From: an uncultured bacterium
GTDB taxonomy: Bacteria; Acidobacteriota; HRBIN11; JAKEFK01
Length of the DNA stretch: 64,000 nucleotides
Direction: 5' to 3'
NCBI GenBank assembly: GCA_963777505.1
Contig: CAVZQN010000011.1
Span: forward strand, 160,001 to 224,000
Shown here piece by piece: positions 51,707-61,059 of the stretch. The notes beneath the pieces were generated by a model. It was not told where the DNA came from, ran no database searches, and saw nothing but the letters and a program-made list of their open reading frames with translations. How positions within the stretch are numbered: position 1 is the stretch's first letter; each line of letters opens with the position of its first letter. Made by a program: the position numbers and the translations under genes.

Positions 51707-51722
51707 CGGCATGGTCTTTGCT
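51707..51722 (+). promoter_or_regulatory. Sigma54 -24/-12 promoter
   Basis: CGGCATGGTCTTTGCT matches YGGCAY-N5-TTGCW; divergent from a bEBP gene. Confidence 0.7.
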
Positions 51723-51745
51723 CGGTACGTCTCGGGTACTCAAGC

Positions 51746-53716
51746 ATGATTTTGTTGAGATGTATGATGCTACTTTTTCTCTCCGAGACTTTATTCGCGC
51801 AGAATCCTGTCATTCTTACGCTTCTACACCAGACACCGACTGCCGATAGTGAAACTTCAATCAATACGCCACTGATTCAAGTGAGATTTGATGATCCTGA
51901 AGCGAAGCTGCAATTGGAGAAATTATTGATTGAGGTCGATCGAAATGATGTGACTTCAATTGCGCAATTTTCAGATAGCACACTGACTTATCAACCCGCT
52001 GCTCCATTAAATACAGGAACACATGAAATCAAAATCAACGGTACGCTCAATGACGGAACGGCGTTTCAAGAAGTGAAATGGAGTTTCAAAGTTACGGATC
52101 CTGAAGTGCCTCGTAACTTAAGTCTTGAGATTCAACCAACAATTTCGTTTGAACAAGCTCTCTATTTAGATGCCCCTGGCAAAGAAAACGAAACCCTGCT
52201 ATCGAACATAAATTTCAACTCCCGGACGAGTGGTCCGGTAACAAGCTCACTGGTTTCAACATTTCAAGGACAGGATCAGATTGTTGCAGGAAGAACAAGA
52301 TTCGATCTCGCTACACTTCAGGCAAATTTTAATACACGCACAACAAATCTTTTTTTAGGTGATGTCGTTCTAAATCAGGATCAATTGGGCATCAATAATC
52401 TTGCGCGCCGTGGAATTATGTTCCAACAAGGATTGCCGTTCTTGAAATCATCCTTTGATGTTTTCTCTGTTCGTTCAGAAACAATCTTTGGTTTCAGGCA
52501 TGGACTAGGAATTTCAAACAGCGATCAAAGAGTTGACGGCGGTTCTTTCTTTTTTTCGCCAACAAGAAATGAAAGTTTAGGTTTGCGGCTTTACTATTTG
52601 CGAGGCGAAAACGCGCTCGCACAAGGGTTTAATTTCGGAGGCGTGACTGTAGGCGAGAAAGGGAATGCGTATGGTCTCAATGTAACGAGCCTTCTTTTCC
52701 AGGGGAAGATCCGTGCTGAAGCATTTTCGGGATGGAGCGATTTCGACTTAAACAGCACTGATGAAATTGAAGGGAATCCAGACCGTGGATTCCTTGGGCG
52801 CATTTCCTACACTCCCAATCCATTTACGTTTAAGGGTCGTCCTTCTTCTTTTATTTTACAAACCGAAATTCAGGACATCGGATTGTTTTACAGGTCACTT
52901 GGAAATCCATTTCTTGTTGCGGATCGGCGTGGCTTAAATCTGACTTCAACCTGGACAGTTGGGGCAATCAGCCTGATTGGCGGCGCTTCCAGGTTTCACG
53001 ATAACGTCAAAAATTCTCCTTTGCTTGCGAAAGTAAACAACACCGGATACACCGCAGGAGTTGCAATAACACCAGTTCCCACAGGCACATCTTTTACACT
53101 TCCTTCGTTTGCGTTGAACTACACACGCACAGAACAAGACAGCGAAAACGAACCCGTGGCATTTATGGGAATCAAAAACCGTATCAACAATTTTGCAAGC
53201 ATCCTTTCCTGGAACGTCCACAGATTAAATCTGGGACTGAACGCCAATCATTCAATGAATCGTGACGAAAACAATCGTGTGCCTGATACGAATGTAACTC
53301 AAGCGACGCTTGCTTTGTCCTACGTTTCTTCCGCGGCCATGAATTTCGGACCTTCGATTGCATATACGCGTCAATCCGATCTGGATTCAAGAATCAATCA
53401 ACAACTGTGGACATATTCGCTGACTTCCAGCCTTCCACTTTTTCGTCCGGATTTCATTTTGAACAATCAAATCAGCTTGTCTACAGTGGACAGTTCAAAC
53501 TCACTTTCACTGAGTTCGAATTTTAGTGGAACGGCTCAATTGTTATGGAATTTAAATCAGACCTGGCAGAATCGAGGAACACAAACTCTTTCACTGCGCA
53601 TCTCATATAACCGTAATCTCATTGAAGCGCCATTCTTTACGCTTACAAAAGGATTGGAAGTCTTTGCGGCCGTCAGTTTTGGCTGGCCGTTACTGAACAC
53701 CTGGGAGGGAAAATGA
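51746..53716 (+). CDS. Putative outer-membrane beta-barrel with N-terminal Ig-like domain
   Basis: Signal peptide; TP...TPLIQVRF...PAAPLNTGTHEIKI (Ig-like); long run of amphipathic S/T/N/F-rich strands ending VFAAVSFGW. Confidence 0.65.
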   Translation: MILLRCMMLLFLSETLFAQNPVILTLLHQTPTADSETSINTPLIQVRFDDPEAKLQLEKLLIEVDRNDVTSIAQFSDSTLTYQPAAPLNTGTHEIKINGTLNDGTAFQEVKWSFKVTDPEVPRNLSLEIQPTISFEQALYLDAPGKENETLLSNINFNSRTSGPVTSSLVSTFQGQDQIVAGRTRFDLATLQANFNTRTTNLFLGDVVLNQDQLGINNLARRGIMFQQGLPFLKSSFDVFSVRSETIFGFRHGLGISNSDQRVDGGSFFFSPTRNESLGLRLYYLRGENALAQGFNFGGVTVGEKGNAYGLNVTSLLFQGKIRAEAFSGWSDFDLNSTDEIEGNPDRGFLGRISYTPNPFTFKGRPSSFILQTEIQDIGLFYRSLGNPFLVADRRGLNLTSTWTVGAISLIGGASRFHDNVKNSPLLAKVNNTGYTAGVAITPVPTGTSFTLPSFALNYTRTEQDSENEPVAFMGIKNRINNFASILSWNVHRLNLGLNANHSMNRDENNRVPDTNVTQATLALSYVSSAAMNFGPSIAYTRQSDLDSRINQQLWTYSLTSSLPLFRPDFILNNQISLSTVDSSNSLSLSSNFSGTAQLLWNLNQTWQNRGTQTLSLRISYNRNLIEAPFFTLTKGLEVFAAVSFGWPLLNTWEGK

Positions 53717-54900
53717 AAATCTTCAAAAGAATATTTCTTGTGGCATCGTTACTCTATACATTTCCATTATTTGCTCAGTTGAGTGTGGTCAACGTGCCAA
53801 CCGGCGCGGCGGTCGTTCTGATTCAACCTTCAGCAGTTTTCATTAGTTGGAATGCTCGCTCCGGAGCTGCAAATCCATCGACTGTGATTTCGGAAGAAGG
53901 TTTGTTTGTTTTGGACAATCAAGTTTTAGGACGCGTCGGAACTCCACTCACCGGATCCATTGCACCAAACGGGAACGCAAGCCTGACCGAAACACTGTTA
54001 GTTCCCCCTGATATCGCGAACCGCGTATTCCATCAAAACGCGAATACGTTTTTCTACCGCCGCATATTCCGCTCAACTGCGGATGGCTCCACTGCTACCG
54101 CTGCGCTAACATGCCGCGTATCTACTAGCGCATTTGGTAATTTCTCAATTGCTTCAGTCACATTATTTTTTGATAACGAAAGAGGTCAAGCAACTTTTCA
54201 ACAAAATGATTTGAAAGCTCATGCATTTGCAGAAATCCACTACAACGGAAGTGGTTTGATCAAAGCTGCATGGGAAGTGCAGGAACCTTCGACTTTGTCC
54301 TTTCGGATTCTACAACAAGTGAATTACCATTTGAGTTTTGGAGATCGGATCCTTTTTCGAAGTCCGGATTTACCTCCGTTACCAACGCTTTTGGCGGGAG
54401 TCCATCAATTAAGATTCAGGATTCTTGAACCAGTTTCAGGTTTTGAATATCCCATCGTTTCTTATTTTGTTACTCCCGCACCAGGAGAAACAAAAGAAAA
54501 AGCAGATTCAAAATTGAGTTTGATTGTACCTGCTGATCTTGGGACGATGATCAAAGGATCTTCTTTTCAATGGGAGGGAGAGATTGAGGGAAGCAAAATC
54601 ATAAAAATTTCAGTTTACGAAAAGTCCTCTGTCTCTCTGACAACGCCTGCGAACTTTTCATACGATGAAAAATCAACTTCAGGAACTGTAAATCTAAATA
54701 CGTCCGATTTAACGCTTGTAAGAGGTGTTGAAGTATTTTCAGCTGTGCTTGCTTCGAGTACCCGAAGTTACATTCCTAAAGATACGCAGTGGAAGAGGCT
54801 CCTTCCAGGCACAAAATATCTCTGGCAGGTCGCTGCTCTTGATGTTGAAGGAAAAGTCATTGGTGAAAGCAATCTTCGTGTTTTTCAGGCAAAGCAATAA
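53713..54900 (+). CDS. Secreted beta-sandwich (Ig/Fn3-like) protein
   Basis: Signal peptide; YNGSGLIKAAWEV; C-terminal FQWE...LLPGTKYLWQVAALD; ATGA overlap with the upstream gene. Confidence 0.65.
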   Translation: MKIFKRIFLVASLLYTFPLFAQLSVVNVPTGAAVVLIQPSAVFISWNARSGAANPSTVISEEGLFVLDNQVLGRVGTPLTGSIAPNGNASLTETLLVPPDIANRVFHQNANTFFYRRIFRSTADGSTATAALTCRVSTSAFGNFSIASVTLFFDNERGQATFQQNDLKAHAFAEIHYNGSGLIKAAWEVQEPSTLSFRILQQVNYHLSFGDRILFRSPDLPPLPTLLAGVHQLRFRILEPVSGFEYPIVSYFVTPAPGETKEKADSKLSLIVPADLGTMIKGSSFQWEGEIEGSKIIKISVYEKSSVSLTTPANFSYDEKSTSGTVNLNTSDLTLVRGVEVFSAVLASSTRSYIPKDTQWKRLLPGTKYLWQVAALDVEGKVIGESNLRVFQAKQ

Positions 54901-54912
54901 TGGAGTGATGTT

Positions 54913-55325
54913 ATGAATCAATACTTACGCATTTTGGTTTTTATGATTCTTTTCGGGATAGGCAATATTTTTGGTTTAGAAAACGATAAACCTGAAGTTG
55001 TAATGCAACTTGCAAAAGAAGGAACTGTATTGTCAAACAATATTGCTGTTTTGACACAGGAAGCGAATAATTTCTTGAACCGTTTGTCTACCGATAAGGT
55101 TTATGCAGCGCGACTGTTGGATGCAGTTGGCAGAAACGATCAAGCGGGCGTTCTGGCAGTGATGAAAGAAACATTACCTCGTGGCATTGTGTCGGATTTA
55201 AGAATGAATTCGGGTTTTGAATTTGCATTTTCTGTTGGAAACGGATTTGTACCCAGAAGGTTTATGTCTGTGTATCAAGCTCCGGCGCATGCTTGGGTAA
55301 ACGAGCATCAGTGGAGGTTCGTTAA
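54913..55325 (+). CDS. Small secreted protein (about 137 aa if a 1-bp indel near 55244 is corrected)
   Basis: Signal peptide; the alternative frame gives ICTQKVYVCVSSSGACLGKRASVEVR* ending exactly where a repeat starts. Confidence 0.55.
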
Positions 55326-55385
55326 GGCAGGGGAGCAGGGGGGCGAGGACGTGGGCAGAGGGGCAAGTGCCGAGGAGCAGGGGAC
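55326..55385 (+). repeat. GGAGCAGGGG-type purine-rich short tandem repeat
   Basis: Similar to 36864-36899 and to the arms of the family A element. Confidence 0.6.
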
Positions 55386-55396
55386 GTCATCACTCA

Positions 55397-58300
55397 TCAC
55401 CGCATCTGAGCGATCAGAGGTTCATATTTTCTTTTTAGATTTGAATTCAGCGTGATGGCTTTTTGAACTGCCTCTCTTGCAAGACGGAAGGATTCATCAC
55501 GCTTTTGTTGATCTGTTTCTGTTTGTGCTTGAAGCCAGTGTAATTTTCCCATCGTTACGGCAACCTCAGCGAATGAAGGACGAAGATCGAGGATTTTCCG
55601 GCAGGTTGTAAGTCCATCATCAATCACATTCTGTGTTGGTTTATTTCGACGTTGAAACCAGGTTGCCTGTGCTTCGCGAATTTCGGCAAGAACTGCGAGA
55701 GCCGGGGTATTCGTTGCGTTGCGTTGCAACGATTGCTCAACAAATTGCAATGCTTTTTCTAAATTTTTTTCCGGCGAACGGTCTGAACGGAGATTCCATT
55801 GTCCCGCGAGTACTTCAATTTCCGCGCCCAAAACAGGAAGATCGGAATCAGGAAATTCCGAAATTGCTTTCTTTGCGATTCCCCTGGCCTTATTTAATAA
55901 CGGTGAAGGATCGGTGCCGTGATTCATGTTGTAATCAGCTTGAGTGCAATACGCATCCAGAATGGTGCTATACGCAAGCGAGCCCTCGTTCGAACCCGAT
56001 TCGAGTGTTTTTCTTGAATATTCGATCGGCGTGTTTAGATCACCGGGATCCTGACCTTGATAGATTCTGTATTTTGCATTTGCAACCAGGGCGGATGCCA
56101 TGATGCTATAAACAGTTGCAAATCCCTCACCGCCAAGTTCAAGAGCCTTTTTCGAGTTCTCGATTGCACGATTGCTGGAATCTTCCGGATTTTTACCTCG
56201 GTTCAATCCACTTGTTGCTTTATTTACATGTGCTGTTGCAAGATTCAAAAATGGGACCGGATGTTTGGGACTTGCCAGATGAGCTTTAGTCAAAGCCTCA
56301 ATCGCGCGATCTAAGGTGGAGTCAGGATCGATACCGTTTTTGATCTGGTAATCCCCCAAAATGATATAAGCATTTCCAAGTGTATTCAGCGAACCAACGG
56401 AGTTAGGCAACATTTCTGCGGATTTTGTTGAGTTTTGAATTGACAGTTCAAGCTTCGATCGAGGATCTTTAAAATGCTGAACATCATATTGAGCCCAATC
56501 CACATATAAAACGGCAAGGTTGTTGTAGGTCGCCCAATACGGTTTTATTTTCGTGGCACTGTTAAAGTGTTCAATCGCCCGTACCGCGGAAGGATTCGGA
56601 TCACGCCCTGAGCTTTGATCAATCATCATTTTCATGTGGTAAGCATTGCCTAACTCGAATTGCGCACCAAAATCATTTTTCTTTCTTTGAACGGCGGCTT
56701 GAGCAAATTGAATTGCATTATTCAGCGTATTTTCCGAGTATTCGCCACGATAATAAAGTTCATCAGTCCATCGCCAACTGATCTGAGCCTTCCAACTGTA
56801 AGCGATAACGCTATCGGGATCTACTTCCAAAGCCAGATCACAAGCGGCAAGTCCTTTATCCATGGGTTGTTTCAAATCGCCGCCTCTGGACGACTCAACT
56901 TTCATAACTTGCAGCCATTTCCAGCAATCACTTTCATAGAGAGCCGGTTCACTTCTCGCGATTTGCATCGCACGCAGGAATGAATTTCCAGCATCGGAAA
57001 AATATTTGAGTGCAGCCTCATTATTGGATCGATCGAATTGTTCGATTCCTAAAGCCATATAAATATCGCCTTCCAGTTTTCCGGCTTCATAGAGCCACCA
57101 TAATTTTTGAGCACTTCGTGCTTTTTCGAGTGCCTCAGGATATTTCTTTTCATAAAACTTGATCAGTCCTTCAATGTAATTCCGCACTTCTGGTTCGGAT
57201 CCCTGACTTTGGCTCAGATAGTTCAGGATGCGATCGCGATATTTTGTTTCAATATCCTTAATGGTTGATTTTTTTCCTGAAAGATTTTCTGCGCGTTGGG
57301 CAACTTCGAGTTCTTGCTGATATTGATGGCCAAGTGTTATACCGAGTGCATATGCATTTTCAGGAGTTTGATAACCTGCGTCCCATGCTTTTTGTAAATA
57401 TCTTTGCGCTTCATCGAGTTTGGATAGCTCCATCAAACCGCGTCCATATGCATAGTTTCCCGGACCCTCCGCAAGTGTGCCAGCTTCTTGAATGCGCTGA
57501 AGGATCGAATTCATTTTCCGATTGACTTGTTCTTTGTCTTCAGTGAGATTGTGTAACGGCGCCATTCTGGCAACTCTCATTCGCCATTCCATGTTTTCTG
57601 CAAGCTGCATAAATTCTTTTGCAATTCGAACTTGTTGTGCAGCACGCCACCATGAAAAAATTCCAATACCACCAAGAACGATGACTAAAAATGTAGAAAC
57701 TGCAAGAATTGCCGCAGCTGCTTGATGTTTCCGGATTTTTTTATTGAGTCTGTATGTCAGACTTGCCGGACGTGCCAGGATGGAATCACCATTGAGATAC
57801 CGTTCAAGATCTTCTGCAAGCGCTTTTGCCGAATCGTAACGGCGATCCGGGTTGCGTTCCATGCATTTCGTTACAATCGTTTCAAGATCGCGTGGAATCT
57901 CCGGCGCGAGTTTTCGAAGGGGAGTCGGGTCACCTTGTGATAGCTTTACAATCACCTCCATACTGTTTCCTTCGTACGGAGGCTTATTTGAAAGAACGTA
58001 ATATAAGGTCGCTCCTAAACTGTAAACATCACTTCGACGATCCAGTTTTTGACTTTCTCCCCATGCTTGTTCTGGCGGCATAAATGCAGGAGTGCCTAAA
58101 ATCATTCCTGTAACAGTTAATCCTTCCATTGCAATTTCGCGTGCCAGTCCGAAATCAAGCACATACGGATGCCATCCTGCATCTGTTTTTTCAACCATTA
58201 TGTTGGAAGGTTTTATGTCGCGATGAATGATTCCCATTTTGTGTGCACTATGAAGTGCTTCGGCAATTTTCTGAATCGCTAACACTCTTTGTTCAAGCGA

Positions 58301-58687
58301 CATTTTTTGTGAAGCAGTTGAAAGGACTTCACCCTCAATCAATTGCATAGCAATGAAGTACTTTCCGGAAAAATTGCCTACTTCATGAATTTTGCAAACG
58401 TTGGTGTGTTCAAGCTGTGCCTGTGCGCGGGCTTCGCGGATGAAACGTTTCTCCGTTTCGGAATCTCCTTCTAAGATGAACTTCAGCGCGACTTTCCGGT
58501 TTAATGCAAGATCAATCGCTTTATAGACTCTGGATGTTGATCCTTTTCCAAGAAATTCCAGAACTTTATAGCGATCCCATCCTTCAAATTGAAGTTCAGT
58601 GGAAGCACTTTGCTCCTGGGATTCTTGCGAAACACGGCGCGGGATAACCGTAGTTTGGTCAGACGAAGTGATATCTTCTTCTTTCAT
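55397..58687 (-). CDS. Ser/Thr protein kinase with TM and long extracytoplasmic TPR region
   Basis: LGKGSTSRVY, VALK, HRDIKPSN, DFGLA, GTPAFMPPEQ; TM AAAILAVSTFLVIVLGGIGIFSWW; TPRs. Confidence 0.95.
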   Translation of the reverse strand: MKEEDITSSDQTTVIPRRVSQESQEQSASTELQFEGWDRYKVLEFLGKGSTSRVYKAIDLALNRKVALKFILEGDSETEKRFIREARAQAQLEHTNVCKIHEVGNFSGKYFIAMQLIEGEVLSTASQKMSLEQRVLAIQKIAEALHSAHKMGIIHRDIKPSNIMVEKTDAGWHPYVLDFGLAREIAMEGLTVTGMILGTPAFMPPEQAWGESQKLDRRSDVYSLGATLYYVLSNKPPYEGNSMEVIVKLSQGDPTPLRKLAPEIPRDLETIVTKCMERNPDRRYDSAKALAEDLERYLNGDSILARPASLTYRLNKKIRKHQAAAAILAVSTFLVIVLGGIGIFSWWRAAQQVRIAKEFMQLAENMEWRMRVARMAPLHNLTEDKEQVNRKMNSILQRIQEAGTLAEGPGNYAYGRGLMELSKLDEAQRYLQKAWDAGYQTPENAYALGITLGHQYQQELEVAQRAENLSGKKSTIKDIETKYRDRILNYLSQSQGSEPEVRNYIEGLIKFYEKKYPEALEKARSAQKLWWLYEAGKLEGDIYMALGIEQFDRSNNEAALKYFSDAGNSFLRAMQIARSEPALYESDCWKWLQVMKVESSRGGDLKQPMDKGLAACDLALEVDPDSVIAYSWKAQISWRWTDELYYRGEYSENTLNNAIQFAQAAVQRKKNDFGAQFELGNAYHMKMMIDQSSGRDPNPSAVRAIEHFNSATKIKPYWATYNNLAVLYVDWAQYDVQHFKDPRSKLELSIQNSTKSAEMLPNSVGSLNTLGNAYIILGDYQIKNGIDPDSTLDRAIEALTKAHLASPKHPVPFLNLATAHVNKATSGLNRGKNPEDSSNRAIENSKKALELGGEGFATVYSIMASALVANAKYRIYQGQDPGDLNTPIEYSRKTLESGSNEGSLAYSTILDAYCTQADYNMNHGTDPSPLLNKARGIAKKAISEFPDSDLPVLGAEIEVLAGQWNLRSDRSPEKNLEKALQFVEQSLQRNATNTPALAVLAEIREAQATWFQRRNKPTQNVIDDGLTTCRKILDLRPSFAEVAVTMGKLHWLQAQTETDQQKRDESFRLAREAVQKAITLNSNLKRKYEPLIAQMR

Positions 58688-58830
58688 GCTCCCCCTTCTT
58701 TGGGCATGTAAGAGCTACTTCATTTGTACCATAAAGCGAATCTTCGTGTCTCTGCGGATAAGGTCTTTGTGACTGCTTGGTGGTATTTGCGATTTGTAAC
58801 GCTGGCATCCTGCCGGCCGAGCTAGAGCTC

Positions 58831-59478
58831 TTACGATCCAATTTCCGAAAATTGGATATTCAGAACACGGTACTTCTCCCAATCTTTGAAATCGTAATGC
58901 CACCATTCAGGATCAAACACCAAAAAATCTTCCGACTCCATTGCCGATCGGAGCAAATCGCGTAAGCGTCGTTGTTCGTCGGTACCGCCTTTGTAATTGA
59001 TATGTGATCTGTCTGTCATTTCATCGTAGGCACCAGGCATCTCAACTGCCTGACCTGTTTTCAAATCAAACAAAGTTAGATCGACAGCACAGCCGCGATT
59101 GTGACGCGATCCTTTCTTAGGATCGGCAACAAATATCTTCTTATCTTTCGGTGTAGCATCCCAAAACATTTTCGTTACAGACCACGGACGATAACCATCG
59201 TGAATCAGAAGTCCATAACCTTGAAGCTTTAGTTTTTGATGGGCCCGCACCAGCGCTTCCGCAGCAGGGCGCTGCAAAAATGCTCGCGCTTCCGTATACA
59301 TTGGACGTCCCATAAAATTATTGGACGTTGCATAACGGATGTCCAAACGTAATGTCGGTTCGAGCTTGATGAGCTCCACAAGATCAGCTTGGCGGAAGTC
59401 TCCTGTTTCTTGTGGCGGCCGATGAGCGCATTGAAGTGTGAATAAAAGAAGTAACAGAAAATAAGAAAGCTTTCTCAT
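58831..59478 (-). CDS. ddpX: D-alanyl-D-alanine dipeptidase (M15D, VanX/DdpX-like), probable lipoprotein
   Basis: IRYATSNNF, DGYRPWSV, SRHNRGCAVD, EWWHY; lipobox-like TLQC. Confidence 0.9.
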   Translation of the reverse strand: MRKLSYFLLLLLFTLQCAHRPPQETGDFRQADLVELIKLEPTLRLDIRYATSNNFMGRPMYTEARAFLQRPAAEALVRAHQKLKLQGYGLLIHDGYRPWSVTKMFWDATPKDKKIFVADPKKGSRHNRGCAVDLTLFDLKTGQAVEMPGAYDEMTDRSHINYKGGTDEQRRLRDLLRSAMESEDFLVFDPEWWHYDFKDWEKYRVLNIQFSEIGS

Positions 59479-59564
59479 GGACGCAATATTACCATCGAAA
59501 TGTATTTGCCTGCGTCATGTTTATATAACCGATAAAATGGTTTCACCGGTTATATTGGTTTTCG

Positions 59565-60524
59565 TTAGTCAAAATCAATGGGGCTTTGGATACCCTCAAC
59601 TCCTTTTAAGATGTGAGTGTAAATCATTGTAGTCCTGACATCTTTGTGACCAAGTAATTGTTGAACAGTTCGGATGTCATAGCCTTTTTGGAGCAAGTGA
59701 GTTGCAAAACTATGGCGAAAGGAGTGGCAGTTGCCGGGTTTGATGATGTTCGACTTTTTGATTGCTGACTTAACGGCTTTTTGAAGCAAAGATTCGCCGG
59801 GATGGTGTCGTCGGACCTTTTTTGAACGAGGATCTATTGAGCGCTTCAAAGCAGGAAAGACATATTGCCAGGCGAATGATTTAGCGGCGGAAGGATACTT
59901 ATATGCCAGGGCAAAAGGTAAATAAACCGCTCCAAAACCTTCAGCGAGATCTTGTTCATGAAGTAGTTTCACCTTTTTGAGTTGCAATTGAAGTTGTGGT
60001 TTTAAAGACATCGGTAAAACTGTGATCCGTGCATTTTGACCTTTGGAATCTTGTACGATGATTTGATTCCGGTTAAAGTCAAGATCTTTAACGCGCAGTC
60101 GCAAGCACTCCATCAGCCGCAAACCTGATCCATAAAGTAAACTTGCCATTAATCGATAGGTTCCTTCCATGTTGGATAAGATTGTTTTTAGTTCTTGTTG
60201 AGTGAAGACTATCGGGTACTTCTTTTTAGATTTTGCCCGTAGGATATTGTCGATTTTAGGAAGTTCAAGATTCAGGACATCCTTGTAAAGGAAAATCAAA
60301 GCGCAGAGAGCCTGGTTTTGTGCGGAGGCGGATACTTTATTGTGCACCGCAGGTGACTTAAAAAGTTTCGGAGCTTTCGGCACCTAGCAGAGCTGGATCT
60401 TTTTGATGATTGAACAAATAGTATCGTTTGATCCAGTTCAAGTAACTATTTTCGGTCCTGAGACTGAGGGTTTGAGTCGTGCTGTTTGCCGGATCCGGTC
60501 GGATAATTTTGGCGGACGGTTCAT
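59565..60524 (-). CDS. intI: Integron integrase with three apparent 1-bp deletions in the 5' region (possible pseudogene)
   Basis: [38 protein letters not shown]; integron-specific insert [24 protein letters not shown]...WQYVFPA; ATG 60524 with SD AGGAG. Confidence 0.92.
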
Positions 60525-60548
60525 AGAGTTTTCTCCTGCCCGCCATAA

Positions 60549-60577
60549 TGGAATTATCTGCCAATTTGGCGTATAAT
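60549..60577 (+). promoter_or_regulatory. Candidate Pc cassette promoter
   Basis: TGGAAT-17-TATAAT pointing into the array. Confidence 0.5.
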
Positions 60578-60589
60578 CAGCCCTAAAGG

Positions 60590-60626
60590 CGTGTTATGGC
60601 AACTTGCAATATATTAGTAGTTAGGC
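60590..60626 (+). other. attI site (core GTTAGGC at 60620-60626; left boundary approximate)
   Basis: GTTAGGCCGCA pairs with the first cassette's inverse core TGCGGCCGAAC at 60950-60960. Confidence 0.7.
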
Positions 60627-60636
60627 CGCACTATGA

Positions 60637-60997
60637 ATGCATGACTTACCTATTCATTTGGATATTCTCCGGGCCTTTTGGCTATTTTTTAGCGGTGTCG
60701 GAATAATTCTGGGCCTATATCAGCAGAGCTACATACTGATCGTTTTTGCAATTGTTGTGTTCGTCGGCTCCATTCTCTTAAAAAAGCGACCCACTGTTGG
60801 TCGCATTGTCCTTCTACTCCACTTTGCTTTACAAATTTTAATGACACCCAAAATTTCATTGTTGTTGGTGTGAAACCGATATTAATTCTGCAATTCATTT
60901 TGGGCTGTATATTCGTTTATGTTCTTTGGCGGTTTAATCCAAATCATGTTGCGGCCGAACAAATCACTGCAGCGGACACGTCCTCGGGCTCTCGCTA
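60637..60997 (+). CDS. Cassette 1: hypothetical membrane protein (probable frameshift near 60830)
   Basis: Hydrophobic ORF 60637-60873; a second frame continues hydrophobic (PILILQFILGCIFVYVLW) into attC1. Confidence 0.5.
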
Positions 60998-61040
60998 ACG
61001 CTCGAGCCCTGCGGCGTGCCGCTGAGTTCAAGCGTTCGCT
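60954..61040 (+). other. attC1 (87 bp)
   Basis: GCCGAAC...ACTGCAGC...GCTGAGT...GTTCGCT. Confidence 0.9.
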
Positions 61041-61059
61041 GGCCGATAACACTTCACTC

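Noticed and set aside
58831-59478. Vancomycin resistance locus
   Set aside because: Lone VanX/DdpX-like peptidase with a signal peptide; no vanH/vanA/vanRS, and it is not a cassette (it lies on the far side of intI)
59523-59555. dif/Xer site or IS end downstream of intI (ATATAACCG...CGGTTATAT)
   Set aside because: The 9-bp arms with a 15-bp spacer do not fit the 11-6-11 dif layout and no partner end was found; at most an operator or weak terminator
60919-61059. N-terminal extension of the 204-aa ORF
   Set aside because: It reads through attC1 (PNKSLQRT is a typical attC translation); the real start is ATG 61060
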